Positions 9,220 through 19,646 of a DNA stretch of 39,169 nucleotides are shown piece by piece (the first letter of the stretch is position 1; the number at the start of each line of letters is the position of its first letter). The notes under the pieces are model-generated. The model did no database searches, had not been told where the DNA came from, and saw nothing but the letters and a program-made list of their open reading frames with translations. The DNA is from an uncultured bacterium (lineage in GTDB: Bacteria; Cyanobacteriota; Cyanobacteriia; Synechococcales; Synechococcaceae), in contig CAWUMD010000001.1 in NCBI GenBank assembly GCA_963923365.1, forward strand, positions 1 through 39,169, read 5' to 3'. The translations under genes and the position numbers were made by a program.

Positions 9220-9852
9220 TTAGGCGAACCCCTGACTGTGGGAGCGTCGCCCCGAGGATCGTTTTGCCTTGGGCGGAGCTGGGGCGAAGAACTTTCGGAA
9301 CTCCTCATTCACCGCATGGGCGTCGAAGTAGGCCGGGTCCGGAGTCTCCTCCAGTCCCTCGTCGTGCCAGTCCAGAAACTCCTTTGCTCTGGGATCATCC
9401 GGGTTGGCGCGCATCCAGAGGAGGTCCTGATAGCCCCAGATGCCTCCGCAATCCTCTGGTGGGCCGGCCCGGCGGCCGGTGACGCAGACTGGTAGGTGGT
9501 CTGTCAGGGGTTCGTCCAGCAGCTTCTCCACCAGAATCTCGTGCATCCAGTCATCGCCGAAATCGTAGGTGTAGTAGCCTTTCTGCTTCTCCTGGGTCAG
9601 TACCTTGCCGATGAGGTATTGGTCGGCATCCAGATCCTCGAGTCCATTGGGGTCGTCGAGGAAGGGGCTGCGTTGGGAGAACCGACGGTCGCCGAACTCG
9701 AACTGGTGCAGGTGGCAGTTCTCCCAGCCGAAGCTGTGCTGGATCACGTAGTGGAGGTCGGTGAGGGTGAAGTCGGTGGGAACCAGCAGGCGACGCCAGA
9801 TCGGCGGCTTGCTGCCGCGTAGGGTGATTTTTAGCTGCAGTGCTTGAGCCAT
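9220..9852 (-). CDS. plasmid pRiA4b ORF-3-like (PRiA4_ORF3 / IS1096 passenger TnpR-like) family protein
   Basis: LQLKITLRGSKPPIWRRLLVPTDFTLTDLHYVIQHSFGWENCHLHQFEF is the hallmark N-terminal core of this family. Confidence 0.8.
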   Translation of the reverse strand: MAQALQLKITLRGSKPPIWRRLLVPTDFTLTDLHYVIQHSFGWENCHLHQFEFGDRRFSQRSPFLDDPNGLEDLDADQYLIGKVLTQEKQKGYYTYDFGDDWMHEILVEKLLDEPLTDHLPVCVTGRRAGPPEDCGGIWGYQDLLWMRANPDDPRAKEFLDWHDEGLEETPDPAYFDAHAVNEEFRKFFAPAPPKAKRSSGRRSHSQGFA

Positions 9853-9901
9853 GGTGGTCGGGCAAAGGATGCTGGAACCAGACTAGAGGTCCTGACTCTC
9901 T

Positions 9902-10369
9902 ATGGCCGTGGAAATCGAACGGAAATTCCTGCTGGCCGGGGAAGGCTGGCGCGGGCTGGCGGTGGGAGTGCGCTACCGCCAGGGTTACGTCGTCTCTGGG
10001 CAGGGCCGGACGGTGCGGGTGCGCACGGCCGGGGACCAGGGCTACCTGACGATCAAAGGCCCCAGCCAGGGCAGTGCCCGGGCCGAGTTCGAGTACCCGA
10101 TTCCCCTGGTGGATGCGGTGGAGCTGCTCGACACTCTCTGCGATCGCCCCCTAATCGACAAGACCCGCTACCGGATTCCGGTGGCGGGTCTGGTGTGGGA
10201 GGTGGACGAGTTCCACGGCGAGAATGCCGGGCTGGTGCTGGCAGAGGTGGAACTGGACCATCCGGATCAGGCGGTGGAGCTGCCCGCCTGGATCGGTGCC
10301 GAAGTGACGGGCGATCCCCGTTACTACAACAGCTATCTGGTGCGATCGCCCTTCAGTTCCTGGGGCTGA
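9902..10369 (+). CDS. CYTH-domain protein (triphosphate tunnel metalloenzyme / class IV adenylate cyclase-like)
   Basis: N-terminal EIERKFLL gives the ExExK signature. Size and beta-strand pattern (WEVDEFHGENAGLVLAEVEL) fit CYTH. Confidence 0.85.
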   Translation: MAVEIERKFLLAGEGWRGLAVGVRYRQGYVVSGQGRTVRVRTAGDQGYLTIKGPSQGSARAEFEYPIPLVDAVELLDTLCDRPLIDKTRYRIPVAGLVWEVDEFHGENAGLVLAEVELDHPDQAVELPAWIGAEVTGDPRYYNSYLVRSPFSSWG

Positions 10370-10370
10370 C

Positions 10371-10967
10371 TCAGCTGGCCCAGGCGATGTAGGGCAGGTT
10401 GGCGGCGGTGGCACGGATGCCCTCGGCGTTGGCCACCAACTGACCGGTGGCATCCCACTGACCGGTGGTGAGCATGCCGTGGGGGCCGTTGGCCAGGCTG
10501 ACCTCGGCCTCGTAGTCGCCGCAGCGGACCTTGCGGTCGGCCACATCCACCTCGACGGTTACCGTCGGGTCGGCGGCGATGCGCCGCTGCAGTTCCGCCG
10601 TCACGCTCGGGTCGGCGACCACGCAGGGCACGCCCATGGTCAGGCAGTTGCCGAAGAAGATTTCCGCGAAGCTCTCGCCGACGATGGCGCGGACGCCCCA
10701 CTTGGCGATCGCCTGGGGCGCGTGCTCCCGGCTGGAGCCGCAGCCGAAATTGCCGTTCACCACCAGTACCTCGGCGCCCTGGTACTCGGGTCGGTCGAAG
10801 GGGTGTTCGCCCTGGAGCTGGGCCCGGTCATCGGCGAAGGCATGTTCGCCCAGACCATCGAAGGTGACGCAGCGCAGGAAGCGGGCCGGAATGATCCGGT
10901 CGGTGTCGATGTCGTTGCCGACCAGGGGCACGCCCCGACCGCTGACCTTGGTGATTTCGCTGCCCAT
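10371..10967 (-). CDS. leuD: 3-isopropylmalate dehydratase small subunit
   Basis: DTDRIIPARFL, NFGCGSSREHAPQA and FAEIFFGNC are LeuD/aconitase swivel-domain motifs. Confidence 0.95.
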   Translation of the reverse strand: MGSEITKVSGRGVPLVGNDIDTDRIIPARFLRCVTFDGLGEHAFADDRAQLQGEHPFDRPEYQGAEVLVVNGNFGCGSSREHAPQAIAKWGVRAIVGESFAEIFFGNCLTMGVPCVVADPSVTAELQRRIAADPTVTVEVDVADRKVRCGDYEAEVSLANGPHGMLTTGQWDATGQLVANAEGIRATAANLPYIAWAS

Positions 10968-11084
10968 CGCAATCTCTCCCGCGCACAGACTTCCAACTTA
11001 TCCTGTGGCGGCGATTGCATTACCCCGTGACGGTCCGTCGGGCCTGCGATTGTAGACTGGCTGGAGAGGCTTCAGGATCCATCG

Positions 11085-12488
<1,404 letters not shown>

Positions 12489-12507
12489 ACCCGCGGAGGT
12501 CAGCCTG

Positions 12508-13287
12508 ATGGATCCCCAGAATCTCACCGGTGACTGGTGGGTGCAGCAGTGGCTGGACCTGATCAACGCCTACCGCTATAAAAAGCGCCTGGAGCGGGGC
12601 TGGCAGTACGCCCGCTCCGGCAACGTCCTCTCGATCCGCTTCGAGGACCAGCTGGTGACGGCGCGGGTGCAGGGCACTGATCCGGAACCCTACCGGGTGG
12701 AGCTGTGGCTCGACCCGCTGACCGAGGAGGATTGGGACTACGTCCTCCAGAGCCTGATCACCAAGGCCCGCTGGTCGGCGCTGCTGCTGGCCGGTCAGAT
12801 GCCCGAGGACATCGAGGAGGCGTTCGCCCGCAATGGCCTGCGCCTATTCCCCTTTAGCCTCACGGATGTGCACTCCCAGTGCAGTTGCCCGGACAAGGCC
12901 AACCCCTGCAAGCACGTCAGCGCGGTCTATTACCTGCTGGGCGATCGCTTCGCCGAGGATCCCTTTGTGCTGTTCCAGCTGCGGGGTCGCCGCCGTGAGC
13001 AACTGCTGGCGGGGCTGCGGCAGATGCGCCAGGGCGATGCCCGACCCCAGCCCCAGCTGCCCCTGGCACCGCCGGACCCGAGCAGCTGGTGGCACTACGA
13101 TGCACCCCTGGACCCGGAGCTGGTGGTGGTCACCCCCAGCCTCGGCCAGAGCATTCCCGAGCGACTGGGCGACCTGCCCCTGGTGCAGGACCCCCAGCTG
13201 ACGGACAGTGCCCGCCGTCTGAAGCTGCAACTGCAGGAGGGCTACGCCGCTGTGGCCCAGCAGGCGATGATCGAGGCGATGCAGTAG
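12508..13287 (+). CDS. SWIM zinc-finger protein
   Basis: CSCPDKANPCKHVSAVYY gives the CxCxnCxH SWIM signature. GGAGG RBS at 12495-12499. Confidence 0.8.
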   Translation: MDPQNLTGDWWVQQWLDLINAYRYKKRLERGWQYARSGNVLSIRFEDQLVTARVQGTDPEPYRVELWLDPLTEEDWDYVLQSLITKARWSALLLAGQMPEDIEEAFARNGLRLFPFSLTDVHSQCSCPDKANPCKHVSAVYYLLGDRFAEDPFVLFQLRGRRREQLLAGLRQMRQGDARPQPQLPLAPPDPSSWWHYDAPLDPELVVVTPSLGQSIPERLGDLPLVQDPQLTDSARRLKLQLQEGYAAVAQQAMIEAMQ

Positions 13288-13290
13288 ATC

Positions 13291-13878
13291 TCAGGGGCGG
13301 GCCAGCAGGGCCGCCGTCACCCGCACCAGTTCGGTGGTGTGGGCCTGGACATGCTCGGTCTGGCTGGTGTCCACCAGCTGACCTTGGTCATCGAAGGCGC
13401 TGGTGGCGGAGGGGATGCTGACGGAGTGGGGCAGCACCAGCACGCCCAGGTTCTGGAGCACTTCCCGCACCGGGGAGAGGCCGCGCAGACCGCCGAGTCG
13501 TCCGGGGGAGGTGGCGAACAGGGCGGCCGTCAGACCGGCGTAGGCGCTGGGCGGGTTGCCCGGTTCCGGCCGCGAGGCCCAGTCGAGGGCGTTCTTGAGC
13601 AGCGGGGTGATCGAGCCGTTGTATTCGGGGCAGGCGAGCAGTAGTCCATCGTGCTGGCGCAGCATCCGCTTCAGACCGATGGCTCCGGCGGGCAGTCCCT
13701 GCTCCGCCTCCAGATCCTCATCGAAGATCGGCAGATTCAGGTCCTTCAGGTCCAGGGGGGTGACATCGGCCCCGGTCTGCCGGGCCCCGCTGGCGGCGAT
13801 CGCCAGCAGCTGCCGGTTCCAGGAGCCACGCCGACTGCTGCCGCAGATGGCCAGAAGGCGAACGGGGACGGTGGTCAT
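13291..13878 (-). CDS. NADPH-dependent FMN reductase family protein
   Basis: LLAICGSSRRGSWNRQL and LLLACPEYNGSITPLLKNALDW are typical of the flavodoxin-like FMN reductase family. Confidence 0.85.
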   Translation of the reverse strand: MTTVPVRLLAICGSSRRGSWNRQLLAIAASGARQTGADVTPLDLKDLNLPIFDEDLEAEQGLPAGAIGLKRMLRQHDGLLLACPEYNGSITPLLKNALDWASRPEPGNPPSAYAGLTAALFATSPGRLGGLRGLSPVREVLQNLGVLVLPHSVSIPSATSAFDDQGQLVDTSQTEHVQAHTTELVRVTAALLARP

Positions 13879-13923
13879 GGGGTCTCCTGCCAGGGCTGTA
13901 CCCAGAATAGGCAGGAGTGCGGT

Positions 13924-14322
13924 CTACTTCTCAGCCTCGGGAATGTCGTTGGCATCCAGCTGCAGCAGCGACTCCAACTGCTGGATGTCGGCGGTGGCGC
14001 GGGGCACCTGGGGTTGGATGGCGTTCAATTCCAGCACGCTCAGCTGCAGACCCTGGCCGTCGGCCACCAGCACCAGCACCTGCTGCTCGGGGTCGTAGCT
14101 GCCCAGCAGGTCCCGGATCTGGTTATTGGCCTGACGCTCGGCACCGCTGGCCATCTGGCCCTGGCGCTCCAGCATGCCCAGCAGGTTCAGGGCGGCCCGC
14201 TCAGGAAAGAAGTCCGGCATCTGCAGAGGCGCGATCAGGTGCAGACCCCGGATTCCGGCAAAACGTTGGAAGCGCTCCTGGAGCAGGGCCGGGGGCAGAC
14301 CAGCGGGGAGACGGAGTTGCAT
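13924..14322 (-). CDS. hypothetical protein, 132 aa
   Basis: ORF on the same strand as, and 45 nt upstream of, the FMN reductase gene. Start set to the ATG at 14322 (MQLRLPAGLPPALLQERF). The track's 201-aa version would overlap the divergent MFS gene. No family recognised. Confidence 0.5.
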   Translation of the reverse strand: MQLRLPAGLPPALLQERFQRFAGIRGLHLIAPLQMPDFFPERAALNLLGMLERQGQMASGAERQANNQIRDLLGSYDPEQQVLVLVADGQGLQLSVLELNAIQPQVPRATADIQQLESLLQLDANDIPEAEK

Positions 14323-14482
14323 GGGGGTCACCGGGTCGAGTGCGATGCCCTGATTGTGCGGCTGACGTCCCGGTAGACCGGTCCGGAGAGCCGAACCCGG
14401 CTGGTGCGGCTTCCCGTCGGGGGGCGCGGCACCGGAGAATGAATGGCTGGCCCCTGCGGCCCCCTGTCCCCGGAGAGTCGCC

Positions 14483-15697
14483 TTGCGCCGCATCGTCCTC
14501 AACCCGCTCTTCTTCGTTTTCCTGACCATCCTCAGCGATCGCCTTGGCGAGAGTCTGGTGATTCCGCTGCTGCCCTACCTACTGGAGCGCTTCCATCCCG
14601 ATGGGGTGACGGTCGGTCTGCTGACGGCCTCCTACCCGCTGGCGGTGTTCCTGGCCACCTCGGCCCTGGGCAGCCTCAGCGATCGCTACGGCCGTCGCCC
14701 GATCCTGCTGGTGTCGGTGGGAGGCACGGTGCTATCGCTGCTGCTGTTTGCCGGGGCCCAGAGCCTGCCCCAGATGTTCGCGGCCCGGATTCTCGATGGC
14801 CTCACCGGCGGCACGGTGGTGGTGGCCCTGGCGGCGGTCTCCGACATCTCCGCCCCGGAGGACCGGGCCAAGAACTTCGGCCGGGTGGTCGGTCCCGCCT
14901 TCGGCCTGGGGTTTATCATCGGTCCGGCTCTGGGGGGCCTGCTGGCCCGCTGGAACGTTACCCTGCCGGTCTACGCGGCGGCGCTGATTGCGGCGGCCAA
15001 CTTCGCCCTCGGCTGGTTCAGCCTGCCTGCGGATCTGCCCCGGGAGCGGCGGGAGCAGCCCCTGACTTGGCGGGACTTCAACTCCTTCCGGCCGATTCTG
15101 CAGCTGCGGCGCTTCGGTCGCCTCAGTGGTCTGCTCCAGGCCTACGCCCTCTACAACCTGGCCTTCGGCGGCGTCACCGGCCTGTTCATCCTCTACCTGC
15201 AGAAGCAGTTCGGCTGGAGTGCCACCCAGTCCTCGTTCGCCTTCGTCACCGTCGGGCTGGTAGCGGCAGTGGTCCAGGGCGGGCTGCTGCAGCCGCTGCT
15301 GACCCGCTGGGGGGAGGTCAGTCTCACCCGTTTCGGTATGGGCTGTCTGGTGACCGGCGTATCTCTGATCGCCCTGGCGGGTGGGTCGCCCCTCTGGGTG
15401 AGCGTCGAGATCTACACGGCTTCGGCCTTCCTGGCCCTGGGCACCGGTCTGGTGGTGCCCTGTCTGCGCAGTCTCGTCTGCAATCAGGTCTCGGATCAGG
15501 AGCAGGGGCAGGCGATCGGTAGTCTGCAGTCGCTCCAGGCCCTGGGCTCGGTGATTGGACCGGCGATCGCCGGGGTGCTGTTCGACCGCCTGGGGATGAG
15601 CAGTCCCTTCTGGCTGGGGACGCTGCTGCTGCTGGCCTCCCTGGGGCTGCTGCTGGTCTGGCGTCAGCCGCCCGCCCGGACCACGGTCGTACCCTAG
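14483..15697 (+). CDS. MFS transporter (drug:H+ antiporter / TetA-like)
   Basis: About 12 predicted hydrophobic segments. GSLSDRYGRRPILL is MFS motif A. TTG start at 14483, with GGAGAG 5 nt upstream. No in-frame ATG would preserve TM1. Confidence 0.85.
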   Translation: MRRIVLNPLFFVFLTILSDRLGESLVIPLLPYLLERFHPDGVTVGLLTASYPLAVFLATSALGSLSDRYGRRPILLVSVGGTVLSLLLFAGAQSLPQMFAARILDGLTGGTVVVALAAVSDISAPEDRAKNFGRVVGPAFGLGFIIGPALGGLLARWNVTLPVYAAALIAAANFALGWFSLPADLPRERREQPLTWRDFNSFRPILQLRRFGRLSGLLQAYALYNLAFGGVTGLFILYLQKQFGWSATQSSFAFVTVGLVAAVVQGGLLQPLLTRWGEVSLTRFGMGCLVTGVSLIALAGGSPLWVSVEIYTASAFLALGTGLVVPCLRSLVCNQVSDQEQGQAIGSLQSLQALGSVIGPAIAGVLFDRLGMSSPFWLGTLLLLASLGLLLVWRQPPARTTVVP

Positions 15698-15721
15698 GAA
15701 TCGCTGCATTCCCTCGCTGCC

Positions 15722-17647
15722 ATGCCCGTTGCTCCCTACGGTTCCTGGACCTCGCCGATCACGGCGGCCCTGATTACCCAGGGCACGGTCAGCCTCGGTA
15801 ACGTGGCCCTGGATGGCGGCGATCGCTACTGGACCGAGTCCCGGCCCCAGGAGAAGGGGCGCACGACCCTGCTGTGCCAGCGGGGTGATGGGCCGGTCGA
15901 TGAACTGACGCCCGCACCCTGGAACGTCCGTACCCGCGCCCACGAGTACGGCGGTGGCGCCTTTACGGTGCGCGACGGCGTGGTGGTGTTCAGCCACGAT
16001 CGGGACCAGCGGCTCTACCGGCTGGACCCCGGCGGCAATCCCCAGCCCCTGACCGTCGAGGCGGATCTGAAGTTCGGCGATGGTCTGCTGGACATCGCCC
16101 GCCAGCGCTGGATCGGGGTGCGGGAAGACCACCGTCCCGCCGGGGAGCCCCAGGACGCGATCGTGGCAGTGCCCCTGGGTGGTGATCCAAGCGAGGGTGA
16201 GGTGCTGATGTCCGGGGCGGACTTCTACAGCAGCCCCCGCCTCAGCCCGGATGGGCAGCAACTGGCCTGGATCGCCTGGCACCACCCCTGCATGCCCTGG
16301 GATGGTACCGAACTGTGGCTGGCGGATCTGGATGAGGCCGGTCGCCCGCTCAATCCCCGCTGCATTGCCGGGGGACCGACGGAGTCGGTGTTCCAGCCGG
16401 AGTGGAGCCCCGAGGGCCGTCTAGGCTTCGTCTCCGACCGCAGCGGCTGGTGGAATCTCTACTGCTGGGATGGCACGGTGGCCCAACCCCTCTGCCCCCG
16501 CGCCGCCGAGTTCGGGCTGCCCCAGTGGGTGTTCGGCATGCGCACGTGGGGCTGGGCTGATGACACCACCCTCATCTGCAGCTACACCGAGGGCGGCCTC
16601 TGGTATCTGGCCCGCCTGGATCTGACCGGTGGCGATCTGCTGCCCTACGACCTGCCGTTCACCGAGTACAACGGTCTGGTGGTGGACGGCGATCGCGCCC
16701 TGGTCACCGCCGCCGCCCCGGATCGGCTGACGGAACTGGTGGACCTGGAGGTGACGACCGGGCAGTGGCGCACCCTGGCCTGCTCCGGCGATCTGGCCCT
16801 CGATCCCGGCATGCTGGCCCGACCGGAGAGTCTGGCCTTCCCGACGCCGGATGGGGCGATCGCCTACGCCCTCTACTACCCGCCCACCAACCGCAACTTC
16901 ACCGCCCCCGAGGGTGAACTGCCGCCGCTGCTGGTCAAGAGTCATAGTGGTCCCACGGCCCAGACCCGCACCGGCCTCAACCTCAGCCTGCAGTTCTGGA
17001 CCAGCCGGGGCTTCGGGGTGCTGGACGTCAACTACGGCGGCAGCACCGGCTACGGCCGGGCCTACCGGGAGCGCCTGAACGGCCAGTGGGGGGTGGTCGA
17101 TGTTCAGGACTGCGCCGCCGGTGCCCGCTGGCTGGTGGACCAGGGTCGGGTGGATGGCGATCGCCTCTGCATCGACGGCGGCAGCGCTGGGGGCTACACC
17201 ACCCTCTGTGCCCTCACCTTCACGGATCTGTTCCGAGCTGGGGCCAGCCGCTACGGCGTCAGTGACCCCGCAGCCCTGGCCCAGGACACCCACAAGTTCG
17301 AGGCCCGCTACCTCGATACGCTAATTGGACCCTGGCCCGAGGCTCAGGCCCTGTACGCGGCGCGATCGCCCTTGCACCATGTTGAGCGGCTCAACTGCCC
17401 GGTGATCTTCTTCCAAGGGCTGGAGGACAAGGTTGTGCCGCCGGATCAGGCGGAGCGGATGTTCCAGGCCCTGCAGGACAAGGGGATTCCCACTGCCTAC
17501 ATCACCTTCCCCGAGGAAGGCCACAGCTTCCGGCAGGCGGCGACGATTCAGCGGGCCCTGGAGGCGGAACTGGCCTTCTTCGCCCGCATCTTCGGCTTCA
17601 CCCCCGCAGATGCCATCGAGCCGCTGGCGATCGCCAACCTCGACTGA
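15722..17647 (+). CDS. S9-family serine peptidase (prolyl oligopeptidase / acylaminoacyl-peptidase-like)
   Basis: N-terminal beta-propeller region. The C-terminal alpha/beta hydrolase has the GGSAGGY nucleophile elbow and FPEEGHSF catalytic His. Confidence 0.9.
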   Translation: MPVAPYGSWTSPITAALITQGTVSLGNVALDGGDRYWTESRPQEKGRTTLLCQRGDGPVDELTPAPWNVRTRAHEYGGGAFTVRDGVVVFSHDRDQRLYRLDPGGNPQPLTVEADLKFGDGLLDIARQRWIGVREDHRPAGEPQDAIVAVPLGGDPSEGEVLMSGADFYSSPRLSPDGQQLAWIAWHHPCMPWDGTELWLADLDEAGRPLNPRCIAGGPTESVFQPEWSPEGRLGFVSDRSGWWNLYCWDGTVAQPLCPRAAEFGLPQWVFGMRTWGWADDTTLICSYTEGGLWYLARLDLTGGDLLPYDLPFTEYNGLVVDGDRALVTAAAPDRLTELVDLEVTTGQWRTLACSGDLALDPGMLARPESLAFPTPDGAIAYALYYPPTNRNFTAPEGELPPLLVKSHSGPTAQTRTGLNLSLQFWTSRGFGVLDVNYGGSTGYGRAYRERLNGQWGVVDVQDCAAGARWLVDQGRVDGDRLCIDGGSAGGYTTLCALTFTDLFRAGASRYGVSDPAALAQDTHKFEARYLDTLIGPWPEAQALYAARSPLHHVERLNCPVIFFQGLEDKVVPPDQAERMFQALQDKGIPTAYITFPEEGHSFRQAATIQRALEAELAFFARIFGFTPADAIEPLAIANLD

Positions 17648-17650
17648 GCC

Positions 17651-18520
17651 TCAGATCTCTGTCAGGATGCGGCTGGTTTCCTGGCAGAGGGCATCGTGGC
17701 CCGAGCCGTTGCTGGCGATCAGGCAGCCCCACTGGCTGACGTCGCCGGTGTTGTAGCGCAGCGGGCTGCCGTCGGCGTGGGTGAAGCGGCCTCCGGCTTC
17801 GGTGAGCAGCAGTTCCGGGGCGGCCATGTCCCAGTCCTTGGGGGCGGATTTGCCCGACAGGGAGAGGTAGACGTCCGCCTGTCCTTCGAGGATGGTTGCG
17901 ATCTTGAAGCCGACGCTGCCGACGTAGATCTGGTTCTGCAGCGACAGGCGTTCCAGCAGTTGCCGGAAGCGCTCGTCCCGGTGGCTGCGGCTGGCGACCA
18001 GGGTGAGGCTGTCCCCAGCGGCGCGGGGGGTGACGGTGACCCGCTGGCGATCGCCTGTGCGGTCCTCTCGCCAACAGCCCTCGTCGAGCATTGCCCAATA
18101 GAGCCGCTCCGCCTCCGGCAGCACCACGCAGGTGAATACCGGCCGCTGGGCCTTCACCAGGGCGATGTGCAGCGCGTACTCACCGGTGTGGTCGATGAAG
18201 TCCCGGGTGCCATCCAGGGGGTCGATGATCCACAGATACTCCTGGGGGAACGGCTCCTGCCGCCCCTGCTCCTTGAACGACTCCTCGCTCAGGTAGCCGA
18301 AGGGGGCGTCGCCGAAGGCTTCCTGGAACCGATCCAGCAGCAGCCGGTTCACGGCCCGATCCGCCGCCGTTACCGGACCCTCGGCCTCCTCCTCGGGATT
18401 GAGCGGGATTTCGCCCCGGTAGTAGTCCCGCAGCCGATCGCTGGCATCCCAGGCAGTGCGCCGCACCACCTCCAGCACCGTTTCCGGGCTCAGTCCGGCG
18501 AAGCTGCGCGTTTCGGTCAT
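17651..18520 (-). CDS. inositol monophosphatase family protein (CysQ-like 3'(2'),5'-bisphosphate nucleotidase)
   Basis: WIIDPLDGTRDF and KDWDMAAPELLL are IMPase/CysQ motifs. Start at the ATG at 18520 (MTETRSF). Confidence 0.85.
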   Translation of the reverse strand: MTETRSFAGLSPETVLEVVRRTAWDASDRLRDYYRGEIPLNPEEEAEGPVTAADRAVNRLLLDRFQEAFGDAPFGYLSEESFKEQGRQEPFPQEYLWIIDPLDGTRDFIDHTGEYALHIALVKAQRPVFTCVVLPEAERLYWAMLDEGCWREDRTGDRQRVTVTPRAAGDSLTLVASRSHRDERFRQLLERLSLQNQIYVGSVGFKIATILEGQADVYLSLSGKSAPKDWDMAAPELLLTEAGGRFTHADGSPLRYNTGDVSQWGCLIASNGSGHDALCQETSRILTEI

Positions 18521-18557
18521 CGTCGATTTACACTCGGCATGGCCCCCGTAGAATCCC

Positions 18558-19415
18558 ATGCCCGAGCCCCAGCCTGCCACTCTCTACGTCGTCGGGACGC
18601 CGCTGGGGAATCTCGAGGACATCAGTGCCCGAGCCATCCGCATCCTGCGGGAGGTGGATCGGATCGCTGCCGAGGACACCCGTCACACCGGCCGCCTGCT
18701 TCAGGCCCTCGGTGTTACCACCCCGCAGATCAGCTATCACGAGCACAATCGCAGCCAGCGCACTCCCGAGATCCTCGAGCGCCTGGGCCGGGGCGAGAGT
18801 CTGGCCCTGGTCAGCGATGCAGGGGTTCCGGCGATCTCCGACCCCGGCCAGGAACTGGTGGCAGCGGTGGCGGCGGCGGGCTTCACCGTGGTGCCAGTGG
18901 CCGGTCCCTGCGCGGCGATCGCCGCCCTCTGTGCCTCCGGTCTGCCCACCGACCGCTTTGCCTTCGAGGGCTTTCTGCCCGCCAAGAGCAAGGCCCGGCG
19001 CGAGGTGCTGGCAGCGCTGGCCCGGGATGCGCGTACCCTGGTCTTCTACGAGTCGCCCCACCGTCTGCGGGAGACCCTGGCGGATCTGGCGGTGGAGTTC
19101 GGAGGCGATCGCCCCTGCGCCCTGGCTCGGGAACTGACCAAGCTGCACGAGGAAATCTGGCGCGGCAGTCTGGGGGCAGCTGTGGCCCTCTACGCCGAGC
19201 GTCAGCCCCAGGGGGAATACACCCTGGTAATCGGTGGCGCGGCACCCCAGCCGGAGGCTGATCTGAGTGAGGCGCAGCTGACCCAGGAACTGGCGGCGTT
19301 GCTGCGCCAGGGGCGCTCCCGCTCGGACGCCAGCCGCGAACTGGCGGAGCGCACCGGTCTGCCCCGCAAGCCCATCTACCGGCTTGCCCTGGCCCTGCCG
19401 GACCCCGAGGAGTGA
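18558..19415 (+). CDS. rsmI: 16S rRNA (cytidine1402-2'-O)-methyltransferase
   Basis: LYVVGTPLGNLEDISARAIRILREVDRIAAEDTRHTGRLL and SDAGVPAISDPG are RsmI / tetrapyrrole-methylase-fold motifs. Confidence 0.9.
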   Translation: MPEPQPATLYVVGTPLGNLEDISARAIRILREVDRIAAEDTRHTGRLLQALGVTTPQISYHEHNRSQRTPEILERLGRGESLALVSDAGVPAISDPGQELVAAVAAAGFTVVPVAGPCAAIAALCASGLPTDRFAFEGFLPAKSKARREVLAALARDARTLVFYESPHRLRETLADLAVEFGGDRPCALARELTKLHEEIWRGSLGAAVALYAERQPQGEYTLVIGGAAPQPEADLSEAQLTQELAALLRQGRSRSDASRELAERTGLPRKPIYRLALALPDPEE

Positions 19416-19418
19416 CCG

Positions 19419-19640
19419 ATGCGGCCCTGGAGTACGTTCTTCACCACGCTGATACTGACCGGCTGGCTGGTGGCGATCGCCATCCTCACCGCCCAGAACC
19501 CCAACCTGGTGGCCGTGAAACTGCTTGGCTTCCAGTCCATCCGCATGCCCATGGGGCTGCTGCTCTCCCTGGCCATCGGCGGCAGTATGGCCCTGATGGC
19601 GCTGATTCTGCTGCTGCCGGGCCGCCGGACCCGCGCCTGA
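19419..19640 (+). CDS. small two-TM membrane protein (LapA/DUF1049-like)
   Basis: Two hydrophobic helices. The ATG lies 3 nt after the rsmI stop. The family call is tentative. Confidence 0.55.
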   Translation: MRPWSTFFTTLILTGWLVAIAILTAQNPNLVAVKLLGFQSIRMPMGLLLSLAIGGSMALMALILLLPGRRTRA

Positions 19641-19646
19641 GCGGTC

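Noticed and set aside
14732-16285. 517-aa minus-strand ORF
   Set aside because: Antisense to the MFS transporter and S9 peptidase genes. Arg/Gly/Pro-rich.
17696-19261. 521-aa + strand ORF
   Set aside because: It runs antisense through the CysQ-like gene and then out of frame through rsmI. Low-complexity translation.
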